From assembly GCA_951406725.2 (NCBI GenBank), contig OX597830.1, forward strand, positions 17,546,001 to 17,610,000: a stretch of 64,000 nucleotides of DNA, given 5' to 3'. Made by a program: the position numbers and the translations under genes. Under the pieces are notes generated by a model. That model searched no databases and was not told the DNA's origin. It saw nothing but the letters and a program-made list of their open reading frames with translations. This DNA comes from Octopus vulgaris (taxonomy: Eukaryota). Below, in pieces: positions 1 through 14,577 of the stretch (position 1 is the stretch's first letter; every line of letters begins with the position of its first letter).

Positions 1-104
1 AATTCAATTGAACGATGAACGCACCCACAATTCATATATGAAACGGCTGTGAGTCTATAATGCTCAACTGAATGTATATAATCCATCATTATTCATGCCT
101 ATTT

Positions 105-440
105 CATATATATACATATATATATATATATGGGTGTTTGTGTGTGTGTGTGTGTAGGTATTTATATATATATATATGTATATGCACATATATATATATA
201 TGTATATATGTATATATATATATACATACACATATATTACTTGTATTATATATATATAAGCACATATACATATACACACATATATATATACTTATATATA
301 TATGTGTGTGTGTGTGTGTGGTATATATATATATGTATATATATATGTATATATATATACTTACACATATATTATTTGTATTATATATATATATATATGC
401 ACAAATTCACATACACATACACACATATATATACATATAT

Positions 441-522
<82 letters not shown>

Positions 523-717
523 GTGTGTGTGTATTGCAAATACATATTCACATACATATCAGCCTCTACAGAAGGGTATAGTGAGCTGTTTTATGTCTTT
601 GTATCGTAAAATAAATAAAAGCAAAAATGAAACTATGGGGTATATGTATTTGTGTGTGTGTACCTATGAGTATGTGTATCTGTGTATATATGTGTGTCTA
701 TTTGATGCTCACGCACG

Positions 718-765
<48 letters not shown>

Positions 766-1410
766 TGTGTGTATGTGTGTGTGTGCTTGTGCTTATTTTG
801 GTTAAATCTGCATATCTACGAATTTCTTATGGTGCCATTCAGTTCATCTAATACACACAACGCCTTCATGCACATACACGCGAGCTTATACACACACACA
901 CACACACGCAAACACACATACCCACACTGATACAAGCATACTCCCGCATTCACATGAACACACACAAATACCTACACACACTCACACGCTTATATAAACA
1001 TACACACACACACACATATATACGCTCTTACACATACATGTACATTTCCTACCGTAACCAACCACATTACTTTTCATCAATCCGATCGCAATTTCTTTCA
1101 TTTCATTTCATATTATCCACTTCATTTCTCTTCTTTTGTCTTCTTTCCTTTATTGATTTAATGCCTTCTATTTATTTATTTGCTTATTTATTTATTTATT
1201 TATTTATTTATTTGTCTGTTTATTTGTCTATTTATTTATGTATTTGTTTGTTCATTTATTGTTCTTGGTTCAATGAGAACTAAAGGAGGAGAGACGTACG
1301 TATGTGTCTCTATGTGTGCATAGATGCATAGATAAGGATATATGAATACACATAGACACAGACACACACTCACACACATACACACACATACACACACACA
1401 CATACACACA

Positions 1411-1453
<43 letters not shown>

Positions 1454-1547
1454 GTGTATATATAATGGGTGGTAGAGAGATTGAAGATTTTCAAAGAAAT
1501 CCATTATACATACATACTTCTCACTCTGTTCTCTCTGTATGTGTGTA

Positions 1548-1579
<32 letters not shown>

Positions 1580-1614
1580 CATACATACATACATACACAC
1601 ACACATATATATAT

Positions 1615-1645
<31 letters not shown>

Positions 1646-1738
1646 CATACATGCATATATATATATATATATATATATACATACATACATACATACATAC
1701 ATGCATACACACACACACTCACACACACATATATATAT

Positions 1739-1771
<33 letters not shown>

Positions 1772-1845
1772 TATATGTATATATATACACACATACATAC
1801 ATACATGCATACACACACACACATATATATACATACATACATACA

Positions 1846-1880
<35 letters not shown>
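105..1880. repeat. Compound microsatellite cluster (TA)n/(CA)n/(TACA)n
   Basis: Directly visible tandem arrays; the overlapping YI/HT/CV-rich ORFs are translation artefacts. Confidence 0.95.
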
Positions 1881-1881
<1 letters not shown>

Positions 1882-2414
1882 GAAAGAAAGAAAGAAAGTG
1901 GAGGAGGAGGGAAAGGAGCAGAAGAGGGAGGAAGAGTCAAGATCTTCAAAATACCCTTATATGTCTCATTAGTTCTGGTTGCTGTCTTTTTTTTCGCCAT
2001 AGGTCAATTTTCATTGGGTAGAAATCTGATGAAAGGCGTTCCATCCTTAATCATTTTTTGTTTTGTTTCAGCCATAGTTTATCGAGGATTATACAATCCA
2101 ATGTACTGTTCTTTTCATTAATTTTGTATAAAGATGTAGGGCGTGGTATGAAGGGGGGTTACTACTGGAATTTCTAGCAGAGCGAAAAAGCCTCTGGTGC
2201 TGGTATCGATGCTGTTGTTGTTATTATTGTGATTGTTGAGGCCAGGTAAGCTCTGACCGAGAAGACCTGTGATCAAAACTTTCCCGCAGAGAATGCTTTT
2301 AGACATTGTGTGTCTTGAACTATAATATCCAATGCTTCTTTACTTCTACTTAGACGCTAGAATGTGATATGAAGAGAATTTGGTTGCTGCTTGCAGGCCA
2401 GTGACCGTTTAGAG

Positions 2415-3105
2415 CAGTGGTTCACAACCGGGATTAATATGACCGCTGGGAGTCTATATAAAATTTTGTGAAGGCGCGTGGCTTAGTGGTTAGAGCATTC
2501 GACTGACGATTGTAAGGTCGTGAGTTCGATTCCCGGCGATGCGTTGTGTCCTTGAGCAAGACACTTTATTTCACGTTGCTCCAATCCACTCAGCTGGCAA
2601 AAATGAGTTGTACCTGTATTTCAAAGAGCCAGCCTTGTCACACTCTGCGTCACGCTGAATCTCCCTGAGAACTACGTTAGGGGTACTCGTGTCTGTCGAT
2701 TGCTCAGTCACTTGCACGTTAATTCCACGAGCAAGCTGTTCCGTTGATCGTATCAGCTGGGACCCTCATCGTTGTAACCGACGGAGTGCTCCTATATAAA
2801 ATTTTGGTGGGTGTGAGTCCATGGAAGTAAAATAGTAAATCGGGGACACACAGTAGTATTTAAGGATAAGCGAAAAAAATTTGCATTAGATGTTCTTATT
2901 GTAAGAAATAGCTAGGTTTCATTCTCTGACGATTTACATAGTTCAGCATACGCAAGTGAATGTGTGATAAGCAAAATACGAATTTTGAAAGAAGTATCTA
3001 TCGAACTAGCTTTTAAACATCGAATGGCTGTGGGGGTCTGTCGGAATAAAATAGTTACCAAAAGGGTCCATAGCTAAAAAAAAAAAAAATGGTTAAGAAC
3101 CACTG
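2415..3105. mobile_element. Non-autonomous hAT (Charlie-like) DNA transposon, interrupted by a SINE
   Basis: Terminal inverted repeats CAGTGGTTCACAACC (2415) and GGTTAAGAACCACTG (ends 3105); no clear 8-bp TSD. Confidence 0.65.
2469..2791 (+). mobile_element. tRNA-derived SINE with a CORE-like body and family C tail
   Basis: A box TGGCTTAGTGG and B box GAGTTCGATTCC; tail matches copies at 15899 and 54967; 15-bp TSD CTATATAAAATTTTG at 2454-2468 and 2792-2806. Confidence 0.9.
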
Positions 3106-3138
3106 GCTACCTCTTGTGTTAATATTGTTACTTTCTGT

Positions 3139-3517
3139 AAGGCGGCGAGCTGGCAGAAACGTTAGCACGCCGGGTGAAATGCGTAGCCGTATTTCGTCTG
3201 CCGTTACGTTCTGAGTTCAAATTCCGACGAGGTCGACGTTGCCTTTCATCCTTTCGGGGTCGATTAAATAAGTACCAGTTACGCACTGGGGGCGATTTAA
3301 TCGACTTCATCCGTTTGTCTGTCCTTGTTTGTCCTCTCTGTGTTTAGCCCCTTGTGGACAGTAAAGAAATAGGTCTGTCTTTATGTTCTGAGTTCAAATT
3401 CCGCCGAGGTCGACTTTGCCTTTCGAGGTCGATAAATTAAATACCAGATGCGTACTGGGGTCGATCTAATCGACTGCCCCCCCCAATATTTCGGGCCTTG
3501 TGCCTAGAGTAGAAAAG
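3139..3517 (+). mobile_element. SINE family A, dimeric copy
   Basis: Starts AAGGCGGCGAGCTGGCAGAAACGTTAG, B-box-like GAGTTCAAATTCC, core repeated twice; 18-bp TSD AATATTGTTACTTTCTGT at 3121-3138 and 3518-3535. Confidence 0.9.
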
Positions 3518-3989
3518 AATATTGTTACTTTCTGTGCTGCTGCTGTTGTTTCTGTCTTTCCTGATATCCTTTACCTCGAGGTCAGAATTGATCCAGTTGA
3601 TTTCAGGTCAAAGACTTTCTAATCAAGACTCCACCAACACCAAAGCATCGTTTTCTTCATTATGCAGCGCATTATTTTTTCTTATACTTTTTAAATAATA
3701 ACAGGGCGTGAATTTAGAGAAGTTTAACTGCTAATTTAGTGAAATTGAACTGCTAATTTAGGGAAGTCTAACAGGTGTAAGAGCGACTCCATTAGTCGTT
3801 TTTCGTTCCTTTCTTTTAAACATCTAAACGTCTGACTTTTACTGAGTTACAGGAAAGCCATCCTAATGCAGTCACTGATGTGGTTTAGCGAAGGTCAACT
3901 CGAAGAGACCTATGGTCAAGGACGTTTCAGCTGCAACCCCGCTGACCTACTAATTGTATTTAGGATTACATTATATCATATTTCTTTTT

Positions 3990-4400
3990 CTCTTTTGTTC
4001 TTTTATTTGTTTTAGTCATTTGACTGTAGCCATGCTGGACCATCGCCTTTAGTCAAACAAATCGAACCCAAGAGTTATTCTTTGTAAGCCTAGTACTTAT
4101 TCTATCGGTTACTTTTGCCGAACCGCTAAGTTACGGGAACGTAAGCACACCAGCATATGTTGTCAAGTGATGAGGAGTAGGACAGACACAGATACACAAA
4201 CATATATATAAATATATATGTATGTATGTATATACATATATACGACGGGATTCTTTCAGTTTCCGTCTACCAAATCCACTCACAAGGCCTTGGTCGAGGC
4301 TATAGTAGAAGACACTTGCCCAAGGAGCCACGCAATGGGGCTGAACTCGGAATCATGTAGTTTGTAAGCAAGCTACTTACCACACAGTCACTCATGTGCC
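3990..4400 (-). mobile_element. SINE family B with internal microsatellite
   Basis: Reverse complement matches the plus-strand copy at 23198-23585. Confidence 0.85.
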
Positions 4401-4669
4401 TTCTTTTTAAACGAGGGTGTGATTTGTTAAAAGTTAAAAGTTAAATTATGTCTCGGGACTTAAGTAACAGGAGTTTATCTCGTTTTCTGAAGCGTTAAGC
4501 AACTGAAAGTACAAGACTCCCGACCTATGGCCAGTTTGTTTGTCACAAGTTTACTCCGCCCTCAGCTGATGGTACTCACTTTCAATTTGTTGAATGGAGC
4601 AACATGAAATAGAATGCTTAGCTTAAGGATACAGCAGACCTCCGTGCTCGGAAATTGAAACCGTAACTT

Positions 4670-5190
4670 TTCTATCAAATGTCTTGCAAACAACTTGCAC
4701 ATGCAAGTGCTACCAGTCAAAAGCTCCGTATACCGGAAGCCAGCAAGTGTATGGGGTCATCAGGAGAGAATGCGCGCCGTTTCGGGGCCTACCTCTCGAC
4801 GGCATCAATGCGCAACAGCCCCCCCCTCACTGATATGAGGCCCCGCTTGCTAGATCAACTGGTTATCAAATAAAGTTCAATATTCTTCTAGCCATCGCTC
4901 ATCGTCTCTTTTTAACCAAATCCAGTGGCTATACTTCTCCACTGTAGATTGGATATCAGATACAGTGGTATTGACTTTACGATGAGTTAGGCCGGGCGAT
5001 AACAACAGTCGTCTCACGCTGTGTCCAACAAACCCTCTACATCCGACTTCGATAGGAAAATATTCCGCTTTCCAGCCTGCGTCTTCACATTCCTCGAGGA
5101 GGTTTACATAACAGTTCAATTTTCGAGCCCGAGCGGCGTCCATATTATCTTCATGGGGAACCGTTAGCTCCAACACCCCAAATACAGGAT
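4670..5190 (-). mobile_element. 3' end of an RLE-type (Hero/R2-group) non-LTR retrotransposon with its 3' UTR
   Basis: ORF 4877-5203 contains LELTVPHEDN...PIEVGCRGFVG...WIWLKR, the C-terminus typical of Hero-like restriction-like endonucleases. Confidence 0.8.
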
Positions 5191-5918
5191 CATGTACCTT
5201 CATATATAAATGTAATTGGAGTAAGATTTAGCTAGTTTTTTCTAGTAGATCGAACAGTTATATAGAAGCTTCCTTCGTTATTTACATTCAGTGACACTTT
5301 GTGCTCGTTTGACCCTTAACAATATCTGCCAGGTAAATCAAATCACACGTCATTCTTACATTGTGTAGTCTTGAATATAAAAAAAAAATATGAGATGGTC
5401 ATTAATAGAACGCCTTTGATTATAAGTCTGCTTAGTCAGGGCCGGCAAGGGTCTAAGCATAACAATAACTTCAAGGGGATCCCTCTATATTAGTAGATTC
5501 CAATAGTATTTTTTTTGTTATATTTTATTATGGTGTTAGGGGATAGAAAAACAGTGAAGCTCCAGCGGTTGGGTTCGAATCACCGACCATTCTGCCGAAA
5601 CATTCAGCTCCTCCTACAAGAACATAATCCTCTTTTTCCCTCGTTTCTAAGAGGTTGTATTTTGCTTCTTTGGTAATAAATCCACCTGCCAAAATAAATC
5701 CTCATTAATTGAAACCTTTATTATTGTAACAGCATGAATCACAATTAATTTTGTCGTCTTAGAAAAAATAAAATGTTTAGGAATTCATTTTCATTAGCCA
5801 TTTGTTATCATTTACAATGCCAGATAACCAAAAACTAGGCATTAAAAAGAAAAGCAGACAAAATTCAATACAGTAGACAAAAGAAGGAACTGGTGGAGAA
5901 GCAGTATGGAGACGGTAT

Positions 5919-5969
<51 letters not shown>

Positions 5970-6539
5970 AAGAAAAGGAAGACGAAGAAAGTGACCGGAA
6001 AAGAATGGAATATACTAACAATTTAATTTGTATTTGAAAAATTATATTTCTCTGCAATAATTTTCGCACTTCCGAAAAGCTTTGTGGAATATGAGAAAAT
6101 GTTTAATTCCAATTCGATTGCGATGGGAATTATTCCGTGTTCAGACTTTTCTGCTGTTCAGTGACGTGGCAAAGGTTCTGGGTACCCATTTTGAGGCAAA
6201 TAATTTTACCCTGGGCTAAACACAAGCAACAACAACAACAAATTGAAGACAAGCGACCCAGAGCTAAGTACCATTCTTATGATGAAGCTGTTATATAGCT
6301 GAGTGGATATGATATTAGTCTATCGTCTTATTGGTTTTATTCTTAATTAAAATCTACTTCAGACGCTTCGTTGTGTAATTAATAGGTGTAATTACTTTAA
6401 TTGTACGTATTTTCACTGTACCTAGAGGACAGAAAATATCTGGGGAAGTTGCCTACCGTTAAATACACTCTTCTCCAATTAGAATGTGTCTTTCAGTTGT
6501 TTACTGGCATGATTTGAGGCCGAGCATTGGCTTTTCTGG

Positions 6540-6708
6540 GCAGGAGTAGGTCGATTACAACGAACCTAGTGTTCAACTGGTACTTATCGACCGTGTAAGG
6601 CTGAAAGACAAAGTCGGCCATGGTGGAATTTGAACTCAGATCGTAGAGACGGACGAAATGCCGCTAAACAATTTTACCCGGCGTGCTAATGGTTCTGTCA
6701 GCTCGTTG
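6540..6708 (-). mobile_element. SINE family A, degenerate
   Basis: GGAATTTGAACTCAGA...CGAAATGCCGCTAA...CGGCGTGCTAA is the reverse complement of family A. Confidence 0.75.
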
Positions 6709-6862
6709 CGTTACGGCACCATCTGTTAAAAGACAAAGGAGCTAGATTCCAAGAGAAGTTACGGCAAAAATTTGTAAAGGGAAGTTCAGGAGTGTGGATA
6801 AGTTCGTAAGCTGTATGGTGAAGTGAAATCTGATGTCTTGGAAATCTTTGTCTGAGAGATGT

Positions 6863-7625
<763 letters not shown>

Positions 7626-8403
7626 GACATATATATACAGAGTGAGAGAGAAACAGAGACAGACAGAGAGGAAAAGAATTTTGAGTGACAATTTTTATTC
7701 TCTCTGTCTCAAAGGAAAAGGTAACCCGAACAGTCAGGTTCCTCTACTGTCCACGACATACAAATTTCTAAGTATATTAATAGCCGGGTACTGAACATGG
7801 CGATAAATTAAAAGTCAAACGAGGACGTAGATTAAACGATTGAGTCACTGGAGGTTTGTCAGATTATGAGTCGTTTTCCATTGTGTGTACCGTAGTTTAG
7901 AATATTCAACTTTTCAGGATCATTGCTTCAAGCAACAATTATAAGTTGTTGGTGTTAGCGTTTAATTTAAAATCAAATACTTTCAACTGTATTCATCTCG
8001 TCTGTATCATGTGCCTTTCCTGTGTAAGCCGGTCAGTTGTAATTTAGAACATTTATTCGCTATTTCTAGCAGCCAGGCGAGAGAAAGTGTAGAGTTTCTA
8101 TTGCTTGATATATTATAATATAATATGTAATATAATATAATATAATATAATATAATATAATATAATATAACATAATATAATGTAATGTAATATAATATAA
8201 TATAATATATGGATTATATACACAAGTTCAACGATGGTACACATGGACACACACATATAGTATTGATAGTGATCTCGAAGTTTTGGCCGGCAAATGTATT
8301 GAGTAATCCTTCAATTTATTGCAAAATTTTCTTTATCATAACATAAAAACACACATTAATATACTTATACATACATACATACATACATACATACATACAT
8401 ACA

Positions 8404-8437
<34 letters not shown>

Positions 8438-8718
8438 CATACATATATAAACAAAGGGTAATAATATGGATTACTACCAGTGGTCCAGCACAAAAAGACG
8501 AATTAGTCATTAGACAAAATATTATTCATACAGAAAAATATTATTCATATAGAAATATAATTAAGGGCTCCCAAATAAGGATGCCAAGTGCTAGGGGCAC
8601 AAAAAAAGGATAGATTTATCGAGAGTGAAAATCAAAAACATTTACCGTTAACGATACATCTCGGACTGATCAGTTTCTACCTCTTTCTAGCAAAACAAAC
8701 AGAATATGTATGCTATAT

Positions 8719-8794
<76 letters not shown>

Positions 8795-9531
8795 GTCACA
8801 GTTCCCTCTCTCTTACTCCTCCTCGACTCTCTTGTCACTGACACGTGATCAGAGGGAAGCCATCTTTCCAACTGCTATCTTCACCAAAACCAGACCGCTT
8901 ATCCTATCTCATCTCATAAGCTGTCTCCTTAAGCGTTCAGAATAATTTTCGCATCGTCTTGGCTTAACAGTCCTCATCGTTTGTTTTTACTGTGTTATTC
9001 TCATTGTTCTGTCTTTTACTGTTTTTACTTTTTTTTGTTTTTACTGTCTTGTTTTGTTCTTACTGTCCTGTTCTTGTTACCACTTTTACGCCTCCGCAAA
9101 AGATCCCAAATTTTATTTAATTTGCTTTGCGGGAAGGACTGTTTCAACGAAGTCGCGTCTTGTCCTTACCTTCAAAACGCGGAGTAGATGAAACAGGGAC
9201 AACTGAAGAAGGGGAAGATTCCTTGTGTTGTATGTCTTGTACTCTGTTTTTTCGTTGTTTGGAAAAAAAAGTTCGTTTCCATGTTTTTGTTTATATGTTT
9301 TCGTTTCTCATTAGGTTCAACGGTTTTTTGATGTCCTGTACCCATATATGCATGTATTTATATACATACAGATGTAGGTATGTACATATATGTATGTATA
9401 TATGCATATATGTATATATTATTTTATATATGTGTGTGTGTGTGTGTGTATGCATGCATACACACACACACATATATACAAGCACACACACACATACATA
9501 CACACACAAAAGCACGTTTGCACACGCACGT

Positions 9532-9564
<33 letters not shown>

Positions 9565-9576
9565 AATACACACACA

Positions 9577-9830
9577 CGTAGCCTAGTGGTTAGGGTGTTG
9601 CACTCATGATCGCCAGATCGCGTGTTCGATTACTGTCCCGAGCCGCTCATTGTGCTCTTGTGCGAAACACTTCATTTCATGATGATCCAACTCACTCACC
9701 TGCAAGTTGGTAGCCTTGCATGGATCCAACTTCCCGATCAGGTGAGGCTACGTTCGAAAGCTAAGTCGATGCGAAGCGCATTGTGGCAAGCGATGTATAA
9801 CAACATCCGTTATAAAGTTTCATTCTTCGC
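9577..9830 (+). mobile_element. Old tRNA-derived SINE, degenerate
   Basis: A box TAGCCTAGTGG and B box GTTCGATTAC, followed by a CORE/V-like body. Confidence 0.55.
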
Positions 9831-9885
9831 ATATACATGATGCACGAGTATTTAATTTTGTTTCTCAATAGGGTCCCTATTACCT

Positions 9886-9943
9886 ATTTCTTTACTACCC
9901 ACAAGAGGATAAACACAGCGGGGACAAACATGGACAGACAAAC
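9886..9943 (-). mobile_element. 5'-truncated SINE family A insertion (3' tail only)
   Basis: Reverse complement of the family A tail, flanked by a 15-bp TSD GGGTCCCTATTACCT at 9871-9885 and 9944-9958. Confidence 0.85.
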
Positions 9944-10520
9944 GGGTCCCTATTACCTGAGCTACCTCCCCTATTGGTACTGGTTTGAATAATCGAGGGA
10001 TGTGGCAGAAGAGTTATCATATTTAAGAAACCTGTATGTTATATACTGGATTGATATCAGTCGCTGTAGAGATATACATCTCATTTTACTTGTAGGATAG
10101 ATCCAACTTAAAAATGCAGATCATGTCAATATGACTGCATGAATTCACAATACATACATTACATATACATATTGCATATACATATATTTATGCAAATCTA
10201 TATTTTAAATCATAGAAATTAAAGAGTAGACGCTAACGTTTCATTCAGAGTCTTTTCCTCATATCTCCATATTCTAAAGTAATATCAATTTGGTGCCAGA
10301 AGTGGTTGATGCCTGCCATCACTGGTGGGGAAACAATTCTTGAGAGAACCTAAAGGCAATTTGTGAAAAGCGAGATATATTCCATTATAACCCTTTTGAA
10401 TCTTTAATTTCTTGGGGGAAATGGGAAATCTGTCTTCGACCTTTTCTGTTTCTACCTACTCCAAATGTTAAATATATTTACATATAGAGATTTATAATAG
10501 CAGAAAATACAATACATATA

Positions 10521-10588
<68 letters not shown>

Positions 10589-10590
10589 CA

Positions 10591-10626
<36 letters not shown>

Positions 10627-10850
10627 TATACATACATATATATACATATATATTTATATATATGCATACATATACATATAAAATCCTTACATACATTATA
10701 TATACATCTTATGTGTATGTATGTATTTATAATGGGCAGACAGATACAGTTAGATGCAGACTTCTTCATAAATAATTGTATATTTGCATATATTACCATA
10801 CATATGTGTGTATATATATATATATATACATACATCGTTGACTTATATGG

Positions 10851-10909
<59 letters not shown>

Positions 10910-11145
10910 CGTATATGCATATAGTTGTGTGATTTACGCTGATGATTATTTATTCCAAACAATTATGTGTGTGTGTAAATGTGTGTGTGTGTGTGTATAT
11001 ATATGTGTGTGTGTGTGTGTTTGTGTGTGTGTGTTGTGCACATAAGCCAGGAGATAAGCATGCACATATGCAAAAGCTTGCTGCACAATATTTCACGTAT
11101 TGAATTTCAATCCTGGTTACCACAAGAGCTATTTAAGAAATACGT

Positions 11146-11184
<39 letters not shown>

Positions 11185-11357
11185 CACACACAAACACAGA
11201 GGCACACACAAACACAGAGGCACACACAAACACAGAGACACACACATGTACATATACATGCGCAATCGCATACACACACACAAACTCACACGCTCATCTA
11301 TATAAATGCATATATAACTCCATATTGTGCATATACACTCACACGCACACATACACA

Positions 11358-11421
<64 letters not shown>

Positions 11422-11436
11422 CATACATACAAACAC

Positions 11437-11486
<50 letters not shown>

Positions 11487-11675
11487 GTATATAAGTATAT
11501 AAAAATATGTAGACACATGCGCAGAATAATTATATGTTTATATGTTTGTATAAACAGGGGTACACTCACATATATGCATATACGTACACATCTATGTATA
11601 GATGTGTACACACACACTCACACGCACACACGCATTTATATACATGCATATATAATTCCATCTTGCGCATATACT

Positions 11676-11712
<37 letters not shown>

Positions 11713-13149
11713 TCATATATATACGTATATAAAAATATGCAGACAATGCACATGTATATTTATATGCTTGTATATAGAGGGGTACACTCACATATGTGCA
11801 TATACGCACATATCTACATATCAATGTATATACATATATACACACATGCATACATATGCTCTTATATATGATTTTCTGTAACTGCATCGGCGCAAACTTC
11901 TATATACATATACACATATTTACATACGGACATATACACATACATATATTTACACACCCGTATGCAAATATACATACTTATATACACCATACAAAGCTGA
12001 GTGTACTTGCGCTGTTTGTATATATATCTCTGTGCTGTTAGTTTTCGCATGTGTGTTATATGCATGTGTGCATAGGGAGATATATGGACGTGCATGTGTG
12101 TGTATGTGTTGATAATGGTTTCTCTTCTTTGCTTCCAAGAATACAGACATGTTTTATTTTATCTCTGCTTTTATTTTCAATTTTGTTGGTATTGTTATTG
12201 ATGTTGTTGATCTTATTGTTGTTGTGCTGTACGTTGTTATTGTTGTAGTTGTCGTCATCGTCATCGTCATCGTCGTCGTCGTCGTCTTCATCCTCGTTGA
12301 CGAAGATGGTACTTTGTTTTACTTCCTTATTTCTCGGAAGAAATAAGAGCATGGAGTTGCTCACTGCAATGTTCCATCTCCAATGCTCAGTCGCTGCCAT
12401 TAATATGTCTTGATTTTCAAATTGGATACGAAATAAGCGAAAAAAAAGAAGAAAAATGAAGAAAAAATGAAAAGAATAGAAAAGAAGAAAAAAGCTTTTA
12501 GGCGAAAACTCTTAGTGAGTATATTTACTAGAAATAGATGGCTAAAATTGTGAAATAGATGTAAATGATGAACAAAAGAAAGAAAGTTTAGAAGAACAGA
12601 ACGAATGAACGATGTAAAGAGGGGAGTGGGAAGGACAAAGATGGAATAAAGGAGAAAATGGCGAACAGATTAGGAATTTTAATGTCTAATGAGTTTCGTC
12701 CGATATCATGTTGTTAATGAACATAGTAAAGATTTTTGATATAATGGAACTAAATAACCGGAGCAGGTTTGCATGAATTACCCCTCGTCGTGACAGAGAT
12801 GGCTTTTATAGATGTAAGCTTTTGGCATCCCTATTTGTAACAAACCCTTCTTGTAGCTTTGAGAAGCTAATGAGTCTGGCGGATACAGTGGAGGCAGTCG
12901 GGAAATACAAAGTGTGGTAGCCAAAATAGTGGGTTATCTAAGATTTGGGTTCCAAACTCTCTGTCTCTCTCTCTCTTTCACTGAACGAAACTATAGTAGT
13001 TTCAGCTACGATAAAGGTATCTCTGGGCGCTGCGTCGACAATATAAATATAACAACCATATTTATCTCCGTCACATATTTAAAAAAAAAGAACATCGTTT
13101 CAAATCAAAAGAATATATTGGAGACTGCAGTCATCTATAGGTAACATCT

Positions 13150-13425
13150 ATAGACACTTGCTGCCGACCGCTCATCCTGGCGCAGCGCAATCACCACAGG
13201 AGCAAAGACAGCCGAGGAGAGACGGATTCAGTCAGAAGAACAGAAACGCCAGATGCGGAAAGCCAGCGCCACCTGCACCAATAGCACAGCCCCTACCCAC
13301 TTCTGCCCCACCTGTGGGAGGGGCTTTCTTGCCCGGATTGGCCTCACCAGCCACCTCCGGTCTCATAGCAGCAATTCCATCAAATGATGTCAATGGTCAT
13401 CTTCGAACCCGAACGACGAACATTA
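13150..13425 (+). mobile_element. 3' end of an RTE-clade LINE
   Basis: An alternative frame reads ...EEQKRQMRKAS...CPTCGRAFLARIGLTSHLRSH, the C2H2-like C-terminus of RTE ORF2, followed by a short 3' UTR. Confidence 0.8.
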
Positions 13426-13639
13426 TTATAGGTAAAACGAAGAGACAGTCACACCTTAAATGCTTTTGCTCATAAAATCAAGGACTAAGAAGTAACAACA
13501 ACATGAATAACAAAAATCGTTGCCCTCTCGTTGATAGCTATCTCCTAAACAACGTGAAACCACTGATGAGTGCTGCTTCGGTTCAATATTAATTGGACGG
13601 ATGGTAAATCTGGTAGAATATCACCCTTTTTCAGTTTTT

Positions 13640-14005
13640 ATTTTCTTGTACACTTTTCAGTTATTGGATTGTGGCCATGCAGGAGCGCCACATTGAATAG
13701 TTTTAGTCGAATAGATCGACCCCATTGCATATTTATCTGGCAGGTTCTTATTGTATCAGTTTCTTTTGCTGAACCGCTAATTTTCGGATATGTAAACCAA
13801 CAAATACTGGTGGTGGGGGACACTCAACACAAACACACATACACATATATAACACATATATATGACTTCAAAAAGGATATAGATTTTTTTTTTTAGAAAA
13901 ACTGAAATCCCGAGACAAACTCTTGCCCATGGTGCCGCGCAGTGGGATTGAACCCGAAAGAATGTGATTGGGAGCAAACGTCTTACTACACAGCTACCCT
14001 GCATC
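13640..14005 (-). mobile_element. SINE family B, degenerate
   Basis: Homologous to the copy at 23198-23585. Confidence 0.7.
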
Positions 14006-14159
14006 TATTGCTATATAATCCGGTGACTATGCATAATAGCTCTAGCTTATCACAAGAACTCAAGCTAATACAGTTCTATGTTTAAGAGATGAGGAATTAT
14101 GTACATTATTTACATTATTTACATTCGCCGGATATTTGTCCTCATCTTGTTTGTTGTTA

Positions 14160-14203
14160 ACACAACGTTTCGGTTGATATACCCCCAAGCCTTCTTCAGG
14201 TGT
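14160..14203 (-). ncRNA. Minimal type I hammerhead ribozyme motif (Penelope-like)
   Basis: Minus strand reads acac-CUGAAGA-aggcu...aacc-GAAA-cg-UU-gugu: helix I acac/gugu, conserved core, palindromic AACGUU in place of helix III. Confidence 0.7.
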
Positions 14204-14297
14204 CTTGGGGACATTTCGAACCTGGGTTTTCATTCCTAAGGTATTTTTCGATGTTGTTGTTATTCTTCTTCTTATTATTATTATCATTATTATTATA

Positions 14298-14342
<45 letters not shown>

Positions 14343-14375
14343 ACAATAATAATAACCTCTACGTCATATGCCCAC

Positions 14376-14455
14376 GGGCATATGGCGTAATGTTTAAGAG
14401 CGCGGGCTACTACTAACTCCAAGATTCCGAGTTCGTTTCGAAGCAGTGACCTGAA
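14376..14455 (+). mobile_element. tRNA-derived SINE head followed by (AAT)n
   Basis: A-box-like TGGCGTAATGTT and B-box-like GAGTTCGTTTC at tRNA-like spacing. Confidence 0.65.
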
Positions 14456-14493
14456 CAATAATAATAATAATAATAATGATGATAATAATGATG

Positions 14494-14577
<84 letters not shown>

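Noticed and set aside
64-2121. Many long ORFs rich in YI, HT, CV or MYVC, here and throughout the window
   Set aside because: These are translations of microsatellites that lack stop codons; no domain signal.
10225-10270. Hammerhead-like UGAGGA...GAAACGUU on minus; similar partial motifs near 9200 and 28320
   Set aside because: Core incomplete or helices do not pair.
12056-12400. ORF starting MAATEHWRWN
   Set aside because: Runs into microsatellite; no recognisable homology.
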